From positions 77,128,001 to 77,192,000 of the forward strand of contig OX597823.1 in the NCBI GenBank assembly GCA_951406725.2: DNA of 64,000 bases. The letters are read 5' to 3'. The stretch comes from Octopus vulgaris (lineage: Eukaryota). The notes beneath the pieces are model-generated. The model searched no databases and was not told the DNA's origin. It worked only from the letters and a program-made list of their open reading frames with translations. The position numbers and the translations under genes are program-made. Below, in pieces: positions 1 through 13,273 of this stretch; positions within the stretch are counted from its first letter, which is position 1; every line of letters starts with the position of its first letter.

Positions 1-150
1 GACGAAGACAGGTGGTGTACAAAACAAACAGATGTATTAGTATAATGCTCAGGAATAGAAAAAGTCTTTTACGTTTCGAGTCTACGCTCTTCTACAGAAA
101 GGGACACAGAAAAAACAAGGAGAGGAGCAAGGAGAGAAAAAAATGTGTGT
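1..150 (-). repeat. Short interspersed repeat with a variant hammerhead-like motif (other copies ~20460-20605, 32935-33125, 47015-47195)
   Basis: Four homologous copies in the window. Minus strand reads cttt-CTGTAGAA-GAG(c)gtag(a)CTC-GAAAC-GTA-aaag; the 20480 copy has CTGAAGA. Confidence 0.65.
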
Positions 151-199
151 ATATATATATATATGTATACATATACATATGTGAATGTGTGTATATATC

Positions 200-409
200 T
201 TTGTGTGTATGTGTTTGTACCCCCAACATCGCTTGACAACCGATGCTAGTGTGTTTACGTCCCCATAACTTAGCAGTTCAGCAAGAGACACTGATAGAAT
301 AAGTACTAGGCTTACAAAGAATAAGTCCTGGGGTCAATTTGCTCAACTAAAGGTGGTGCTCCAGCATGGCCCCAGTGAAATGACTGAAACAAGTAAAAGA
401 GTAAAAGAA
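200..409 (+). mobile_element. SINE family A, 3' half
   Basis: Matches the 3' half of full-length copies (e.g. 31037-31450) ending ...GGTGCTCCAGCATGGCC...TGACTGAAACAAGTAAAAGAGTAAAAGA. Confidence 0.85.
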
Positions 410-1200
410 TGTGTATGATGAACTCAAATGCATATATCCAATTCAAAGCAATGTGAATAGATAAGTATTACATTTGCTAGATAATCTGAAAGCTGCAGGG
501 TTAACCTCAGGCAGAAATTGCTTTTATACATATCTGATCATAAGACCCAGAAAGAACTGAACGCTTCTAGCCAGACCGACACAAAAATGCTTATTCTCAT
601 ACTGTTATTTACCGAAATGCTCATATATTTTATAGTGGTTCTGTCAATTAAAGCAGTGAACCTGTATCAACTCTTTGACAACTCTTTACAGACAATTGAA
701 ACTTAAATTTCTTGGCTATAAACAAACACTTATGTCAGATGTAACCACTGACCTCTTAGTTATTTGTCTGCAACCTCATGCAGCCAGCAGTAGTTCTCAT
801 CACTTACTAATATATGCATATAATCATGATTAAAAGTTCAACTATCCTTTCTTCTCTTAGCATAACAATTGAAATGCATTCAGTTAGTTTAATAATCAGA
901 CGAACCATTAGAAAATATAAATCGTTCAATATTTAATTGTTTAACAGACTCGCCTCTCGTTTATTCAGCCATATTAATTAATTGTTATATTTTAATTACC
1001 TAAATGGATAATGGATATGTAAATACATAGAATATGTGTGTGCCTGCTTGTGTGTGTTTGAGCATGTATGTATGTATGTGTGTAAGGGTGAGAGTGTACA
1101 TGCATGTATGTGTATCTATATGTATGTGTATGTGATATATGTACATATATATGTGTAGATATGTATGTATATATATATATATGAGTGTGTGTGTGTGTGT

Positions 1201-1236
<36 letters not shown>

Positions 1237-1674
1237 GTCTATATATGTGTGTGTGTTTATAGATACATACTCACGCACATACATATACAGGAGGAAGGGT
1301 TTTTCTTTGAAACAAATATCAAAATCATAGCTATGTTCTATTTGCATCTTGTTTTTTATTGCTACAGAAATATTTAAGAAATAATTTTAGCTTCCATTTT
1401 AATATCCTACATAATTTACATAAAGCTTTAGGCCATACAACATCTCTATTTTTAGATGTTAATATATGTATAAATAACAACACACATATGACATCTGTAT
1501 ACACCAAAGTCACTAGTAAAAGTTTGTACATTCATTGCGGATAGTGAGCGCATACACATACGCATGTGTACAAGTTATTAGACAGCAAAATAGTAATATA
1601 TTTAATGAAAGAAATACAAGAGACTCAACAAGAAAAATTTCATAGATATATATATATATATAAATATATTACGG

Positions 1675-1875
1675 AGATGTAGTTGCATTGCAAGTGACCT
1701 GATCTGAGATCGTGTGCTAGAATGAAAACAATTGCAGCATGGAAGATGTTTGTAAGCCATTTAAGAAACACACAAAATACCGTTAGATTCACTTCAACAT
1801 TTAAATTTAATTTGTCAAAATATTTTCATCGCTTTGAGACCACGACTTATTCACTGACAAAATTCTGTGCTGCAT
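1675..1875. repeat. Short repeat with inverted ends (TGCAGCATGGAA...TTCTGTGCTGCA); second copy at ~51142-51250
   Basis: Two homologous copies, each set in (TA)n. The minus strand has a degenerate stem-GAAA-ATATT-TTGACA arrangement reminiscent of a minimal HHR. Confidence 0.5.
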
Positions 1876-1985
1876 ATATATATATATATATCTGAAGATT
1901 TCTCTTGAATGAAACAGTACTAGTCTGTGCTCCTTCTATATAATAAATTAATTTTACTCTGCATGTATATATTACTTACTGTGGT

Positions 1986-2023
<38 letters not shown>

Positions 2024-2041
2024 TTTATATATGTACATATA

Positions 2042-2092
<51 letters not shown>

Positions 2093-2164
2093 GTATATGC
2101 ATATAAAGTAAAAAGTAAAAGAGTCAAAAGGAAGAGTAAGTACAGCTAGGCAGCTTTTATATAT

Positions 2165-2204
<40 letters not shown>

Positions 2205-2224
2205 GATGATATATAACACAGCTT

Positions 2225-2585
2225 ATTTAATCGAAATCGAATTAAACCAGCCAGGATCCCTGGTCTGGTGGTACGTAAAAAGCACTATCCGACTCGTGGC
2301 CGATGCCAGCACCGCCTCGACTGGCTTCCGTGCCGGTGGCACATAAAATACACCAATCCGACCGTGGCCGTTGCCAGCCTCGCCTGGCACCTGTGCAGGT
2401 GGCACGTAAAAAGCACCCACTACACTCACGGAGTGGTTGGCGTTAGGAAGGGCATCCAGCTGTAGAAACATTGCCAGATTAGACTGGAGCCTGGTGCAGC
2501 CTTCTGGCTTCCCAGAACCCCGGTCGAACCGTCCAACCCATGCTAGCATGGAGAACGGACGTTAAACGATGATGATGATGATGAT
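2225..2585 (+). mobile_element. 5'-truncated RTE LINE 3' UTR copy ending in (GAT)n
   Basis: Homologous to the RTE 3' UTR at 10310-10790. Other copies at 5120-5230, 6430-6645(-), 36950-37285(-), 48340-48495, 52275-52800 and 57355-57610. Confidence 0.85.
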
Positions 2586-3892
2586 ATGAACACATGATAA
2601 CATCAAAGACAATATAACCTTCATCACATCCAGTGTTAAGCTAGTTTTAATTATGCACAAAAATTATATTAAACTAAGTTAAACCATTCTCATCAGCTTC
2701 TACACGTCTACAGACTAGTGAATAATTTTCATCAAATTGGTAGTCATCAGAGCATAGAAAAAAATGTGTTTGTTCTAGTTCATTACACACCCTTCATGTG
2801 CCTGTCGTCGTAACCATCATCATCATCATTATTTAATGTCTGCTTTCCTTGCTGGCATGCGTTGGATAGTTTGACAGGATTCGATGTCCAGGGTCTGTAT
2901 GGAACTCCACTGTCTGATTTGGTGCAGTTTCTACTGCTGATTGTCCTTCCAAATGAATGACAAACACTGTGTTGTAGGTGTTTTTCATGCTTCAGCACTA
3001 ATGAGGTCACCGTGTAGCTCATAAGATTACCAACATAGAGATTAACAACCTCCTTGCAGATGAGGGGGTGAGTGTATGAGAGAAGGATTCTTGTAGAGAT
3101 GCTGCATGGTTATCACATTTTTAGTAGAGGAAAGGAGAGATTGATCGGTAGGAGATGTGAAGAGATAGATAGGAAATACGGTGTCCATGTGGTCCCACAA
3201 GGCACAAGGTAAGTAGAAGTGGTGGGTGAGGCTATTTCAAGATTGTGAGAGAAGCACATTATGTGGGGAGAGGAGAGAACCTGGAGCTGTAAAAGAAGTT
3301 GGGTGAAAACCACCAAGGAGACTGGCATGGCAGCTGAAACCAGATCATTGTGGCTATGGTTGACAAGAGCTCACAAATGGAACCATTTTGTGGCTAAAAA
3401 CTAATTTGGTCTTTGATGCCCATTCAAGCAAAGGATTCAAGCTAAGAAGTGAAATACTCATGTCTCCAAGTTACCTACAAATGATAACAAATCGATTTCA
3501 ACTTTGCAAGGGTTCAGAAGAGGAGCTTGTAATATATCTGAGTAGCTCTATGCAGTTTATGCATAGGGCAAAGCATCTATAATGTCCTATTTCATCTATG
3601 TTGTATCATGGGAGAGACATTTTACTAATAGGAATTACACACTCATTCTTCTGCAGGGTGTCTATAAATTACCTTTAAAAGAAAAACAAAAGAAAGGTAA
3701 CTCAGCAGGTTGAACAAAGCCAATGAAACCCATGTGGAAGTGTTCAGATATTTCTAATAAAACTTTATTTGTTTGCCATGTTTTCCAATAAATTCTGTTG
3801 AATTATCCTCATATTAATTCTTAATGATTTTAAATTGTAAAGGTAATTTACGGACAACCTGTATTTAACTTCTTTTTTTTTTTTATTATTAG

Positions 3893-4270
3893 GCACAGGC
3901 AAGGCTGTCTGGTAAGAAGCTTGCTTCCCAACCAAATGGTTTCAAGTTCAGTCCTGCTGCATGGCTTCTTGGACAAATGTCTTCTACTAGAGCCTTCAAC
4001 TTGTGAGTAAATTTGGTAGACGGAAACTAAAAGAAGCCCATCATGTGTGTGTGCGTGCGTGTGTATGTTGTGTCTTTGTATATCTGTTTGTCCTCCACCA
4101 CTCCTTGACAACCAGTGTTGGTGTGTTTATGTCCCTGTAACTTTGTGGTTCAGCAAAAGAGACTGATAGAATATGTTCTAAGCTTTAACAGAAAATCCTT
4201 GGGTCGATTTGTTCGACTAAAACCCTTCAAGGCAGTGTCCAGCATGGTTGAAACAAGTAAAAGATAAAAG
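3893..4270 (+). mobile_element. tRNA-headed SINE family A (diverged full-length copy)
   Basis: Head GGCACAGG...TGGTAAGAAGCTTGC...AGTTCAGTCC (A/B-box-like), central (TG)n and the family tail. Confidence 0.8.
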
Positions 4271-4314
<44 letters not shown>

Positions 4315-4616
4315 GAGAGAAAAAGAGAGGAAGAAGTGAGGAAGAAACACTAAAAGAAATAGAGAGGACAAGAAAACGGTTGAGAAAGGCAAAGTCAAAG
4401 GTGAAAGGAGAAAATTATATATGACACTAAATGGAACATTTTAATGTTGTTCAGTAAGTCAACTGGGAAAAGGCGGGGATGAGGTTCGAGTAAAAATTTT
4501 GTTTATTTTGCAAGTAATTAAATCTCTTCGCAGGATTGAACAAGTCTCCCTGATCGCTTTATTTTTGACTGTCCAAAAAAAATATCTATAAAGGTACTAG
4601 TTTTAGAGTTACCTAA

Positions 4617-4836
4617 ATGATGGGATGCTGAAATGTTCCTGGTGTTAAAGGTATCGTGAAAGGTTTGGTTGGAGGCCTAATCTTCCAAGTTCTTTTACAG
4701 GCCTCAGAAAAACTGGAGGACCACTGCAATAAGAATGTTAATCTGAGAAGGGGATATGTTGAATAAAATCATAATTAACTGATCCTCTTATATTTTCTTT
4801 TACCAAAAGCCAGGAACTTGTCAGCATCTCTTTGTA
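4617..4836 (+). mobile_element. Mariner-derived MITE / internally deleted element
   Basis: Imperfect TIRs GGGATGCTGAAATGTTCCTGG ... CCAGGAACTTGTCAGCATCTC; interior resembles the mariner transposase C-terminus (...GYVE*). Confidence 0.55.
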
Positions 4837-4901
4837 TATGCAATGTATATGGCAAAAAATGTAAAGGTATATACAGTATAATATTTAAACACTGTTTCAA
4901 T

Positions 4902-5107
4902 AAGGTAGCAAGCTGGCAGAATTGTTAGCACGCCGAGCAAAATGCTTAGCAGTATTTTGGCTGTCTTTAAATTCCACCAAGGTCGATTTCACCTTTCATC
5001 ATTTCGAGGTTGATAAATTAAGTACTAGTTGTGTACTGGGGTTGATCTAATCAACTGAATACTGCTTCCCAAAAATTTCAGGCCTTGTGCCTAGAATAGA
5101 AAAGAAT
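4902..5107 (+). mobile_element. tRNA-headed SINE family C (copies 23305-23500-, 29073-29305+, 47350-48058- cluster, 52370-52570-, 59280-59477-)
   Basis: Head AAGG..GAGCTGGCAGAA..GTTAGCA..., B-box GAGTTCAAATTCC in the 29073 copy, shared core and tail ...GGCCTTGTGCCTAGAATAGAAAAGAA. Confidence 0.8.
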
Positions 5108-5484
5108 TTTGAAACACTGCACTTCCAGATCAAACTGGAGCCTGGTGCAGCCTCCTGGCTTCCCAGACCCCAGTTGAACTGTCCAACACATGCTAGCATG
5201 GAAAACGGACGTTAAACGATGATGATGATGTTGCTGCAGCAATAATCAATAGAAGTGTGTGTGTGTTTACAAATATATAGAGACAAATAAATAGAAGAAT
5301 AGATAGGTAGATGGTTCAATAGATACAGTGATTCAAACATACATCTCTACTTAAATGAATGAGTGTAATTTGATAAGTGTCACTACACGAAACTCTCAGC
5401 CCTTCAGTCACTCAGTAACTTTTGCCAAACATTAATGTTAATAAATGAATACATACATATACATATACATATATACATATATAT

Positions 5485-6410
5485 GAGCTGGACAAAATAT
5501 ACAAGTGGGCTGAAAAGAATAGCATGCAGTTCAATGCTGAAAAGTTTCAAGCTCTATGCTATCAGCACGCAAAACTAAATGCAATACCCAATAAATACAC
5601 TGGACCTGGAGGGACTGCAATCCCAGAGGCACAATCAGTGTGAGACCTATTTACATGAGTGATGATGCAACCTTTCATGTGCATGTTGCTAAATTGGCAA
5701 TGAAATGTAGGCGGCTGACCGGATGGATTCTTGAACCTTCAGAACAAGAGACTAGGAAACCATGATGGTCCTCTGGAGGACACTTGTCCTAAGCCACTTT
5801 GACTATTGCTCTCAGCTATGGTCACCATCCAGTGTCAAGTTAATCACAGAACTTGAGGCGATCCAACGAGCTACATGAAGAAGATAGCCTCTGTGCAGCA
5901 TATAAGCTATTGGGAAAGACTCAAGAGATTGAGACTCTATTCCTTAGAGCGTAGGCAAGAAAGATATGCCATAATATACATCTGGAAGATCCTAGAAGGA
6001 CTTGTCCCAAACTTTGGCATCGAGAGTTACACAAATGCCAGAAATGGGTGCCACTGCATAGTGCCAAGGACTCCAAATTTGCCATCAAGATGTAGGACAA
6101 GATACTGTGATAGCCTGGGCTTCCAAGGCCCACAGCTCTTCAATATCCTCCCGAAGAACCTAAGAGACCTGCATGGGGTGGATGCAGATGTCTTTAAAAT
6201 GAAACTGGATCTCTTCTTGTCAGGTATCCCAGATGAACCAACTTCATGGCTGGAGGTGCAGATGAGGGCTGCTGCATCGAACTCTCTCATGCACCAAATG
6301 GCAATTGCTAAAAAGCATTCATGAAGTAAAATCACGTAGCAAAACCAAATGGCGGTGCCCCAGCATGGCCACGGCTTGTGAGCTGAAACTAGATATATAA
6401 AAAAAGTAAA
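5485..6410 (+). mobile_element. 5'-truncated CR1/L2-group LINE (RT C-terminus plus 3' UTR), frameshifted
   Basis: ELDKIYKWAEKNSMQFNAEKFQ; DYCSQLWSP; YWERLKRLRLYSLERRQERY; FKMKLDLFLSGIPDEP (ORF 5875-6324). These are typical CR1-group ORF2 C-terminal motifs. Confidence 0.85.
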
Positions 6411-6663
6411 TAAATAAATAAAATATATATCATCATCATCATCATCATCATCAGTATCGCTTAACGTCCGTTTTCCATGCTGGCATGTGTTGGACGATAC
6501 GACTGGAGTCTGGGAAGCCAGGAGGCTGCACCAGGCCCCAATCTGATCTGGCAGTGTTTCTACAGTTGGGTGCCCTTCCTAATGCCAGCCACTCTGAGAG
6601 TGTAGTGGGTGCTTTTTACGTGCCACCAGCACAAGGGGCCAGAGGAGCCAGCATTAATTAAAA

Positions 6664-6780
6664 TGCTTACAGCACTTAGGTTTCCCCAGTGGTCACCCAT
6701 CTAAGTGCTAACTAGGCTTGATGTTGCATAACTTCGGTGATTGGAAAAGAACCAATGCTTTCAACATGATATGGCCGTAA
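6664..6780 (-). pseudogene. 5S rRNA pseudogene (diverged, isolated copy)
   Basis: Reverse complement TTACGGCCATATCATGTTGAAAGC...TCACCGAAGTTATGCAAC...GTTAGCACTTAGATGGGTGACC...GTGCTGTAAGC follows the metazoan 5S consensus over ~117 nt with many substitutions. Confidence 0.85.
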
Positions 6781-7830
<1,050 letters not shown>

Positions 7831-8139
7831 CATAATCGACAGCAAAATTTTTACATTCATGTTTGCTATGTCAGTATGTTTGAGATTCGCTGAGGCAGTA
7901 TATTTTGTCTCACTCTCCCTGTTCTCCTTCCTGTCTCTATCTCAGTCTCTCTGTATAACGTGTGTATCAGCATATATTGTATAATATATAGAAGTGATTT
8001 TCTCACAATAACTCTTGTTAGGACTCTACTTGTCTCTGACGAAACTGTGAGTCCACTGCATCTTAGCAGAAACAGCTGTGAGGTAATGAAGTTCATATGA
8101 TAACCATTCATACCTTTTATCATCTCTTTTCTTATGTAT

Positions 8140-10789
8140 AATGGTGCAAAATCCCCTCGTGACCCAAGGTAACGTGGTGGTGGAACAATGTGGTTGAGAG
8201 GGCTATTATAGAAAAGAAACAGGCTTAGAAGGACTGGAGGAACAGAGGTAGCAGGGAATTGTATCAGACTGCCGGAAGAGAAGCTTGGAGACAGGTTTAT
8301 TTAGCCAGAAGGGAAGTAGATAAGAAAAAAATTTGTCAATGTTCTGCACCGTGAGGACCAAAGACTTGAAGTATTTCGTGTTGCAAGAGAGAGTTTGAGA
8401 GAGAATCGTGACATCGTAGGAGAGAAATGTGTCCGCATGGATTACAGGACAGTTCACTTGCACTAAATGAGGATGCAAAGAGAGAGGTTTGGAGACACCA
8501 CTATGAAAGGTTGCTCAATAAAGAGAATGAATGGGAGAAAAAGAGTCTGCTGAATGTCGACCAAATAGAGGGACCAGCTATCCGAATTGACAGTACCTTG
8601 GTAGATAAAGCAATTAAGGGTATGAAGACAGGGAAAGCCCCAGGCCCATCAGGAATCACTGTAGAGATGCTAAAAATATCTGGCAGTGTCAGCTATAGCC
8701 TAGTTACCCATATAGTTAACCAGGTGATACACAAACAAGTCATACCAAATGACTGGTGTACCAGCACCATAGTCAACTGCTACAAAAGTAAAGGTGACAC
8801 TCTAGATACAAATAATTACAGAGGTATCAAGTTGTTGGATCAAGTAATGAAGGTCACGAAGAGGGCCATAGCCCAACTAATTAGAGAGAGAGTCAGTTTA
8901 GATGAGATGCAGTTTGGGTTCATGCCAGGGAAAAGCACCACTGATGCTATATTTCAGGTAAGACAGCTGCAGGAGAAATACCTAGCCAAATATAAACCTC
9001 TGTACCTGGCTTTCGTTGACATGGAGAAAACCTTTGACAGGGTCTCCTGATCCCTTATCTGGTGGTCAATGGGGAAACTAAGGAAAAGTGAATGGTTAGT
9101 GAGAGCTGTGGAGCCATGTACAGGGATGCCATCAGTATGGTGAGGGTTGGTAACGAGTACACTGAAGAATTCAAGGTAGAGGTTGGGGTCCACCAAGGTT
9201 CAGTCCTCAGCCCCCTCCTATTTATCATAGTCCTCCAGGCAATAACAGAGGAATTCAAGACAGGGTGCCTCTGGGAGCTCCTCTATGCTGATGACCTTGC
9301 TCTAATTGCTGAGTCACTATCAGAACTAGAGGAGAAGTTTCTGGTGTGGAAGCAAGGATTAGAATCAAAGGACCTTAGAGTCAACCTAGCTAAAACCAAA
9401 GTCATAATAAGTAGGAAGGCAGACAAACCACAAACCTTTTCAGGTAGAAGCTCTGCTCAATCAGTAGAAAAGGTGTAGGTAGAAACTCTATAAGATGTAC
9501 CCAGTGTAAGCTATGGACACATAAGAGGTGCAGCAATTTCAAAGGAATGCTAATTAGGAAGATAGTTTTTGTATGTGGCAGATGCTCAGGAGCAATAAAC
9601 ACTGAAAATGTGGAGAGAAAAACTAGAAGTAGTTGATAGCTTCCATTACCTAGGCGACCAAGTCAGTAGCTGGGGTGGGTGCACTGAAAGAGTAATTGCT
9701 AGAATAAGAATAGCCTGTGCAAAGTTCAGAGAACTCTTACCTCTACTGGTGACAAAGGCTTCTCACTCAGAGTAAAAGGCAGACTGTATGAAGCATGTGT
9801 ACAAACAGCCATGCTACATGGCAGTGAAACATGGGCTGTGACTGCTGAGGACATGCGTAAGCTTGCAAGGACTGAAGCCAGTATGCTCCGATGGATCTGT
9901 AATGTCAGTGTTCATACTCGACAGAGTGTAAGTACCTTGAGAGAAAAGTTGGATCTAAGAAGCATCAGATGTGGCACAAGAGAGATGACTGCCCTGGTAT
10001 GGTCATGTGGTAAGAATGGATGAGGACAGCTGTGTGAAAAGTGCCACACCCTAGTGATTGAGGGAACCTGTGGAAGAGGTAGACCCAGGAAGACCTGGGA
10101 TAAAGGTGGTGAAGCACTACCTTCAAACATTAGGCCTTACCGAGCCAATGCCTGGTGACTGAGACCTTTGGATATATGCTGCACTTGAGAAGACCCAGCA
10201 AGCAAGTGAGACCATAACCTGTGGCCTATGCCAGGAGTATAACTAGCTTACTTATGCATACCGTCCCTTCATTGGACATTAAACTCTGCTTGCAAGACCT
10301 ATTGAGGCAAGTGAAATCGAAATCAAATTCGATGACAGCACTGCATGACTAGCATCCGTGCTAATGGATCACTAAGAGCACCATCTGAGTGTGATCATTG
10401 CCAGAGCAGCTGACTGGCTTCCATGCTGGTGGCACATAAAAAGCAACATTCAAACATGATTGTTACCAGAATCACCTCACTGGCACTTGTGCTGGTCGCA
10501 CATGAAAAAATGTTCGAGCGAGATCGTTGCCAGTGCTGCTGGACTGGTTCCTGTGCAGGTGACACATAAAAAACACCATTTTCGAGCATGGCTGTTGCCA
10601 GTACCACCTGAGTGGCCCTAGTGCCAGTGGCATTTAAAAGCACCCACTACACTCTCGGAGTAGTTGGCATTAGGAAGGGCATCCAGCTGTAGAAACTCTA
10701 CCAGATCAGATTGGAGCCTGGTGCAGCCATCTGGTTTGCCAGTCCTTAGTCAAATCGTCCAACCCATGCCAGCATGGAAAATGTATGTT

Positions 10790-10790
<1 letters not shown>
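8140..10790 (+). mobile_element. 5'-truncated RTE-clade LINE (RT with frameshifts and stops, long structured 3' UTR)
   Basis: KAPGPSGI, NYRGIKLL, QFGFMPGKSTTDAIF, FVDMEKTFDRV, GVHQGSVLSPLLF, LLYADDLAL, HGSETW motifs. The 3' UTR is shared with many short copies in the window. Confidence 0.93.
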
Positions 10791-11150
<360 letters not shown>

Positions 11151-11174
11151 ATATTCCTGTCTCCTTATATAAAT

Positions 11175-11632
11175 GAGGGTGAAAAATTTATATTAATTTA
11201 ATAATACCATTAATTTAATACCGAGTGGCTTAGCACAAAAAACTAGGGAGAAAATACAAATTTATACATAAATTATTAGAGATTTACCACTATGTGGATA
11301 TCTCTAGTGCTAAAAATAGCTCCGATAGTATAGCCACAGAAATGATGTTTCCAACTAATTCAACGGAAGGAAAATGAAACATAACAAATAAATAGATTGA
11401 CCCTGAACAATTGTTTCATTACTAATGTAAAATGTAATTTTACTTACATAAACATCTATAAATCATCAGCAGAGGTTTGTCTTAAATTCGCTATTTATTA
11501 GACCAACACGAGCATCAAATATCACGTGCGGTTTAACCAATTGCATTTTTGGTTATGCCTCAATATATTCCCCGCGAATTTCTGTGGCTATACTATCGGA
11601 GCAATTTTTAGCACTAGAGCTATCCACATAGT
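11175..11632 (-). mobile_element. Penelope-type pLTR-like cassette: 55-bp inverted arms around a hammerhead
   Basis: Arms 11289-11343 and 11578-11632; HHR motif at 11401-11475; related to 18575-18930. Confidence 0.6.
11401..11475 (-). ncRNA. Type I minimal hammerhead ribozyme motif
   Basis: ctctg-CTGATGA-[~45 nt AU-rich helix II]-GAAAC-aatt-GTT-caggg; palindromic ACAATTGT helix III. Confidence 0.6.
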
Positions 11633-13200
11633 TATATATAGATATATATATATATAAATTGACAGAATGCGATAAAGAATCCAAGACTGTGAATAGTTTA
11701 CAGAACATTAATAAAGAGGTCTTACAGCTGTTTCCATGATACTTTATATATCCCTTTATTAGATAACTATGAATTTGTGTGTGTATGTTTGTGTCTGTGT
11801 TTGTCCCCACACCATTACTTGACAACCAATGTTGGTGTGTTTACATCCCCATTACTTACAGATTTGGTAAAAGAGATAGATAGAATAAGTACAAGCCTAA
11901 AAAATTGAAAAGACGGTGCTCCAGTATGACCGCAGTCAAATGGCTGAAACAAGTAAAAGCATAAAAGAATATGGTGAAAGGATGTTACACTTCTATACTT
12001 TAAATTGGAAAGGTAATTCATAGACTTCCTTTGTAACATATTGGAATAGAGTTCAGTGATGTAGCTAATATTCAAAGTACTTGACATAAAGGCAAAATTT
12101 TAGAAAACAGATTTTTGTGATTAATAATGAAATAAAAAAAGCTATTGATAAAAGAATATTTGAACTTCTAGCTCATTGAGTTTCTGAGATATCTGATTGG
12201 ATACACAATCAATCAATTAAACAAACAAAATCAAAATGAGGAAACCTTTTATTTAATTTTAATTTTGTGGTTAGTGATGTTGGTTTTTAGAAGAGAGTAT
12301 GGATGCATAGTATAAAAATAAGCTTGGTTCCTAGAGCTATCACAGGAAGATTTATAAAAGTACAGTGCCAAATCAACATACATTCACACAGAAATGAAGT
12401 GGAAGATCTAAGGACACTTGATACAAATGTAAAGCCAAACAGACTGAAGAATTTCATAGGAGGAATATTTTCAACAACCAAATAAAATTTATGTTATAAC
12501 AAATACGAGAGATCTAACATTTCAGGAAGCCTCCTTCAACAGAGAGAAAGAGATATCAAGTGGTTTTAAAGGATGGATCACTTGGGGTGAGAGAGAGGGA
12601 GAGTGAAAGAGATTCTAAGTTTTAATGGATGGAGGCTGTAATGGTCAGGGAGAGGAGGAAATATAAGGAACATCAACAAGTTTCAAAACTATCGAGAGAT
12701 GGAAGAGAGATAAAGACATAGAAATGAGAGAGGGATACCTAGATTCAGACCCACATACATATGTATGGATGTAGCTATAAATGTGGTGTACACAGTTATA
12801 TATTATGTATAAAAACTATACTAAACAAAACAAGAGCACTCAGAGAGCACAAACCTCTGCCAAAGTAACACCAGAATCCTCTCAATGAATAGCCAGAGAT
12901 GATTTTTAAAATGAGAATATCTGAAACAAACTCGACTGCTCTCACAAATGAAAGTACTAAAAATGAACCCAGCCGTTCTCAAAAATTAAAAAAACCGGAA
13001 AAATAATCCAGAAGATAATTTTCCTGTGTCTATGTTTTCTTTGGTTGTATAATGTCAATTTAACGTGACAGTAGGGGATTACACCACCGCTGTTTAGCCC
13101 TAGGAAGCATCGACGCTTCCTGATGGCTTTGACACATTTATTCCTGTGTCCTTATATATTTACGAAGGGGAGACAAACACCCCCAGCAGCCAGGCCTGCA

Positions 13201-13247
13201 TCTAGAGAAACACATGTTTCAGAATCTTTGTCCATCATCGGTCTAGA
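13201..13247 (-). ncRNA. Degenerate hammerhead ribozyme (unit 1)
   Basis: tctaga-CCGATGA-tggacaaagattct-GAAAC-atgtgt-TTC-tctaga. Core U4 is changed to C and helix III is mismatched. Confidence 0.65.
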
Positions 13248-13273
13248 GTAGCAGAAGCCCGCCAGCCGCAGAT

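Noticed and set aside
10380-10650. CRISPR-like repeat-spacer appearance
   Set aside because: The intervening sequences are homologous to each other, the array lies in a LINE 3' UTR of a eukaryote, and there are no cas genes.
12824-13012. Possible Helentron/DINE-like left end next to the retrozyme array
   Set aside because: Single truncated copy with no matching right end in the window, so it cannot be supported from this sequence alone.
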